Positions 9,632 to 13,581 of a stretch of 13,581 nucleotides of DNA are shown piece after piece. The position numbers were made by a program, and so were the translations under genes. The notes beneath the pieces were generated by a model that ran no database searches, was not told where the DNA came from, and saw nothing but the letters and a program-made list of their open reading frames with translations. The DNA is taken from contig JBJCIZ010000261.1 in NCBI GenBank assembly GCA_051294375.1, positions 1 to 13,581 of the forward strand, written 5' to 3'. This stretch comes from Paraspadella gotoi (Eukaryota > Animalia > Chaetognatha). Within the stretch, counting starts at the first letter, position 1, and every line of letters begins with the position of its first letter.

Positions 9632-9808
9632 GCTTTCGACTTCGACATTAGGACTTTTTTCAGCTTTCGATTTCTTACATTTGAGTTTCAGGCTTCCAAC
9701 GTCCGGTTTTTGGCTTCAGCCGTTGGCTTTCGAATTTGACTTTTTAGCATTTGACTTGTTCGGTTTTTCGCTTCGACTTTTAGCTTCGGCTTTGACTTCG
9801 ACTTTCCG
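9632..9808. repeat. Degenerate 6-7-mer repeat (TTCGAC/TTTGAC/TTCGGC/TTTAGC)
   Basis: For example CTTCGACTTTTAGCTTCGGCTTTGACTTCGACTTT at 9771-9805. Confidence 0.7.
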
Positions 9809-10359
9809 TTTTTGCTTGGATCCACTCCTTTCGTATCACATTGGGAAAGTCACAGGGCAAAATTATGGTTAAACTTAAAGTCAATTCTCGTTAGTACTGG
9901 AAACCAGATTAACAACATTCACGTAATTTTGCTAACTTTTCCAAGTAGATTCATTTTATATAAAAAAAAAAATAAATGTTTAGAAATACCAGTTTTAAGA
10001 ATACTCTTCATTTTTTTTCATTTATTGATTTTTATCATTGCTTCTTGATATATTTTAGGGAGCAATTTTTCCATATTGGATTATTTAAGTTAAATGCAGG
10101 TAAGTTAAGTCCAGGGGTACTTTTGAACGAGACAATAACCACCCTCCCCTTTAACTTTCTCATGCGTCCGCCTTTTATGAGTCCAACCACCAAACCAATT
10201 TCTTTCTAAAAGGGCGATCACAACCCTAAAACCCCTCAACCCGACCCCCCTCCGACCGCCCATCGCCGGGCGCAGATTCAACCCTCTCCTTCTAATGTTT
10301 CACCTAACCTCGAATGAATCAGAGCACTTAGAAGAAGCGATACTTATGATGTTGGGAAG

Positions 10360-10645
10360 GGCAGAGAGAAAGGAGAGAGAATGAGAGAGAGATGAGAGAA
10401 TTGAGATTGAGGAAGAGAGAGAGAGAGAGAGAAGAGGTAGACGAGAGAGGAGAAAGACGAGAGAGTGAAGAGCAGAGAGTGCAAGCAACCCAAACCCGGA
10501 TTTTCGATGAAGCGATTCGGCGCCGGATAGGAGAAGAGAGAGAGAGAGAGAGATATGAGAGAGAGAGAAGAGAAGAGAGCAGAGAGAATGAGGAGAGCGA
10601 TGAGAGAGAGAAGATAAGCAGAGAGAGAAGACAGAGAGAGAGAGA
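10360..10645. repeat. GA-rich low-complexity region
   Basis: Imperfect GA runs with a non-repetitive insert at about 10480-10530. Confidence 0.9.
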
Positions 10646-11372
10646 AATTCAAATGAGGCGCCATTGGGAAGATTGTGCACCCGCTGGGCTCTGTGGGGGG
10701 AGGGGAAGGGGATAGGGGGGACCGAGAGCGTTGGCCCGTTTAAAAAGGAGCCCAACCGCGACAGTGGAGACACGAGCGCGACCTGCTTTGAAGGGCCGTC
10801 GCCGGCTGCGGCCTCGCAGCGTCGTCGCTGCGGCGCTGCGGCGCATACGACATGGCTGGCGTTACTGCTGCTGAATGGGACTGACCATGCAATGGCAGAA
10901 AAGGACCCATGTTAAAAATTATCCCAGCAATTTTAATTCAACTTTTGTCATGATTGAGCTGCAGATTTTGTACTCAAATTTTAAATTGATTCTCAACGTT
11001 CGAGCGAAATGAGAAGCAGAATGAGCATTTTATAATAAACAGTAATAAACTGTTAATAGTTAATAATAAGTGATGAAATCCTAAATTTGATGATGGAAGA
11101 AAAACAAATAACAAATATGCATTTAATTTTTTTAAACTATGAAATTTAAATGACAAAAACCAAGACACTCCCGAAGTTCATTTTACAATCTCGGAATTGT
11201 GGTCAACTCTGTGTCGAGCGCTCAGATTGATTGGCGCCACGAAAAAGCGTCACAGTCTCCTACGCCACGAGCGATTATTCAGCGTACGGTTGAAGCGTTA
11301 TCGCGAGTCATCGGGCGCGGCCACTATGTCATCGGCACCCGTCATTCGTGAAGGGGAAAAGATAAAAAGACC

Positions 11373-11483
11373 GAGAGAGGAGAGAGAGAAATACGAGAAG
11401 AGAGAGAGAGAAACTCCGTCAGCAGGAGAGAGAGAAGAGAGATCGTCGCAGAGAGAGGAGAGAGAGAGAGCAGAGAGAGAAGA
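11373..11483. repeat. GA-rich low-complexity region
   Basis: Interrupted GA runs. Confidence 0.85.
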
Positions 11484-11565
11484 GCAGACGCAAAACGAGC
11501 TCGGGAGGCGTTTGTCAAAACACTATCATTATACGTGGGGCTTTCGAAAACTCAGTCGTCGCTAA

Positions 11566-11617
11566 TGATGACGACGACCGAACGACGACGACGACGACGA
11601 CGACAACGACGACGACG
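11566..11617. repeat. (GAC)n trinucleotide repeat
   Basis: Imperfect GAC run. Confidence 0.9.
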
Positions 11618-11929
11618 ATTGACGTCGACGATTCGGGGGCGAAATTTTTGCGGTGAAAAAGCGATTCACTCGGATTCGAGCATTCCATCATTCGTAAACC
11701 AGACTTCCTCCCTTTTTCTTTCCTTTCCTCTCTAATTTTACTTTTTCCTTTCTCTCTTTTCCTTTTTTTTCGCCACATTTTTCTTCTGTATTTACTCTCT
11801 TTGCTTTCCTTTTATCACTTATATCACTTGATGTAGGCCTGTCCAAAGTTCAGGGGCAAAGATAGCTTATTTATTAATAAATGGATAATTTTTATATTGG
11901 TTGTATCAATTTCATTAACTTCTTTTATT

Positions 11930-12224
11930 TACCATCCTCTGTTTTTTCTCTTTCACCCTTCTTTCTTACTAACAAAATTGCCTCGTCCTTTCTCCCCTTT
12001 TATCATCCGTTCTCTTTCTTTTCTCTTCAATACTTCCTACCTTCCACCTTCCTACTTCCTCCATTAATCTCCATCCCCCATCTTGTCCTACTTCCTCTCT
12101 CTTTTAATCTACTCCCACTTTTTTCTTTTCCTTTTATTCTCTTCTTTCTTCAATTCTCCCTATCCTCTCCTGCCTCTTTTCCGTCCCACCTCCGCTTTCT
12201 TCCTTTATCTTTCTTCCTCTCCTC
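11930..12224. repeat. Pyrimidine-rich low-complexity tract
   Basis: About 300 bp that is almost free of G on the plus strand. Confidence 0.85.
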
Positions 12225-12233
12225 GAGGTAAGT

Positions 12234-12340
12234 CAGAGCAGTTATTCGACCACTTTTCGACTCGCAAACGGTCGAAAAGTCGCAGCGACTGATTTAGTGG
12301 GTCGAAAGGTCGAATTCGACTCATTATTCAGTCGAATGCG
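12234..12340. repeat. Palindromic TTCGAC/GTCGAA array (possible DNA-transposon terminus)
   Basis: Seven hexamer copies start at 12245, 12256, 12271, 12301, 12309, 12315 and 12331. There is a perfect 10-bp stem (12252-12261/12271-12280), a 12-bp palindrome GTCGAATTCGAC (12309-12320) and an 8-bp stem (12314-12321/12330-12337). Confidence 0.75.
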
Positions 12341-12483
12341 CGGAGGAGCATGAATTCATTAAACGCTCTAATTCGTAGATCAATTTTCATTGTAGTGAAT
12401 TTCAATGATTATTGAATTCAATAAAATATATGAATCATTTATCATGAATGTTGAGCAACAGAAGACTTAGGAATTTTTTTTCT

Positions 12484-13208
12484 TTACACGCATTTGAAAG
12501 AGCTTAAGTGTCTCTTTAAATTAAAATTCTGTGCAAAGCTCTTACAGCAATATGGACAAATATTAAGGTTTTTTTTAACCGAAACCTTTTTCCCTAAATT
12601 AGAATCAATAGTCATACTAATGTCTTCTGAGATTGTTTCGTCAGAACAAGGAAAACAAACAAATTTCGTTTCTTCCCCATTGCAATTTTTGGAACACCCA
12701 ACCACCGAGCCATGACAAGGAACTCGGCATTTAAAACAAGAATGAATGCAGTCTTTGTTGCATTTATAACATTTTTTAATGCTACAATGATTAACGACCA
12801 GAAAATTCTCATTTATATCAATATTTGGACTAGACAATGAGCGTACATTAGCACTACTAGTTTCCATTGGAGGTGAAGTGGAGGAAAGTTTATCTACAGT
12901 TTGCGTTTCCCAAAAGCCGACGACGGGTTGCAGCTCCTCATAAATTGCTGCATTTTCCGTTTGGCATCCAGATGAAGATGGAATTGACGATAGTGAAGTT
13001 GGAAGATTGAGATTCATTGGAGGAGCAGAAAGCCAAACGTCATTAGCGTTGGAGAATCCCCTTTCCACGTACGAATCTGTTTGCGTTGAAGCGTCGGAAA
13101 ATATTCGGTGCTCTTTTAGGAAGTTTGAAGGAGTAGTGTTCTCAACGTACAAAGCGGAAACAATCTTTCTGGCATTATTAATAAATTCTTCAGATGACAT
13201 GCGTTTGC
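12484..13208 (-). CDS. Last coding exon of an NRF-1/EWG-like DNA-binding protein with a PHD-like finger and a C-terminal C2HC zinc finger
   Basis: 725-nt open, complex-sequence exon after the acceptor TTTTTTTAAG. It encodes RKIVSALY (end of the NRF-1-like domain), CYKC-x7-CFKC-x4-H-x5-C-x12-CFPC (12771-12646) and CPYC-x3-F-x5-L-x2-H-x5-C (12558-12490). TAA stop at 12486-12484. Confidence 0.88.
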
Positions 13209-13317
13209 CTTAAAAAAATTAAACGAATTTAAACTGCATGAATTTAATAAAAAATATTTTCTCTAGTAACATCGCCAATTTTAAATTGACATAACAAAAA
13301 AAATTTAAACTCTTTAC
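13209..13317 (-). other. Spliceosomal GT-AG intron, 109 nt, phase 1
   Basis: Donor TAG|GTAAAGA at 13317 and acceptor AATTTTTTTAAG|GC at 13209, with a very AT-rich interior. Splicing joins two open frames as ...NDSNL-G-KRMSSEE... Confidence 0.85.
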
Positions 13318-13567
13318 CTAAATTAGAATCGTTTTTCCGTGTAAAGTTGATCCACGCAGCATCCTGGGGGACAAAAGAGGGTGCAGTGCCCGAAGAATCA
13401 CCTTTGGCGTAGGGGAACTTGCTCCTTTGTAATGGGCATGCGACCTTAATGATATTTGCCCAAAGGTGACGAAGCTGGTTGTAAGTTAATTCCTCGGGCT
13501 TAGCAGGGAGTTGCGGAAAGGAATTTTTGCTGCATGATCTATGAAGAAGATTCCTTGGGGGGGTTTC
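13318..13567 (-). CDS. Upstream coding exon (5' boundary uncertain) encoding most of the NRF-1/EWG-like DNA-binding domain
   Basis: Open frame missed by the ORF track: ETPPRNLLHRSCSKNSFPQLPAKPEELTYNQLRHLWANIIKVACPLQRSKFPYAKGDSSGTAPSFVPQDAAWINFTRKNDSNL. GC content is higher than in the intron. In-frame TGA codons at 13570 and 13576 bound it. Confidence 0.8.
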
Positions 13568-13581
13568 TCAGTTTCAGATGA

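Noticed and set aside
9632-9808. TTCGAC-like repeats as the partner end of the 12234-12340 array
   Set aside because: The copies are all in one orientation and degenerate, with no match to the CAGAGCAGTTA terminus.
12481-12487. GTAAAGA on the minus strand overlapping the stop codon as a further splice donor
   Set aside because: It is identical to the 13317 donor, but the zinc finger is already complete and I found no convincing downstream exon. It cannot be excluded without RNA data.
12484-13567. Assigning the gene symbol NRF1/ewg
   Set aside because: Similarity is remote and the domain architecture differs, so orthology is not supported.

Overview
AT-rich eukaryotic (probably invertebrate animal) genomic DNA, mostly non-coding, with many (GA/TC)n and (GAC/GTC)n simple repeats and abundant CpG. 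Nearly all ORFs in the supplied track are artefacts of these repeats. The one convincing gene is on the minus strand at the right end: two exons (about 13567-13318 and 13208-12484) joined across a 109-nt GT-AG intron. The spliced protein carries a divergent NRF-1/Erect-wing-like DNA-binding domain, which only becomes visible after splicing. This is followed by a Ser/Thr-rich linker with TQT-type motifs, a PHD-like Cys-rich finger and a terminal C2HC zinc finger. Just 3' of the gene is a dense palindromic TTCGAC array that may be a DNA-transposon end. Also present are a DINE-1/Helentron-like element (core 7500-8550, with a matching inverted repeat at 5917), a 165-bp MITE-like element with CCCTAA repeats and a 6-bp direct repeat, a degenerate tRNA-like sequence, several minisatellites and some motif clusters. 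Family assignments come from motifs recalled from memory and aligned by eye, not from database searches.
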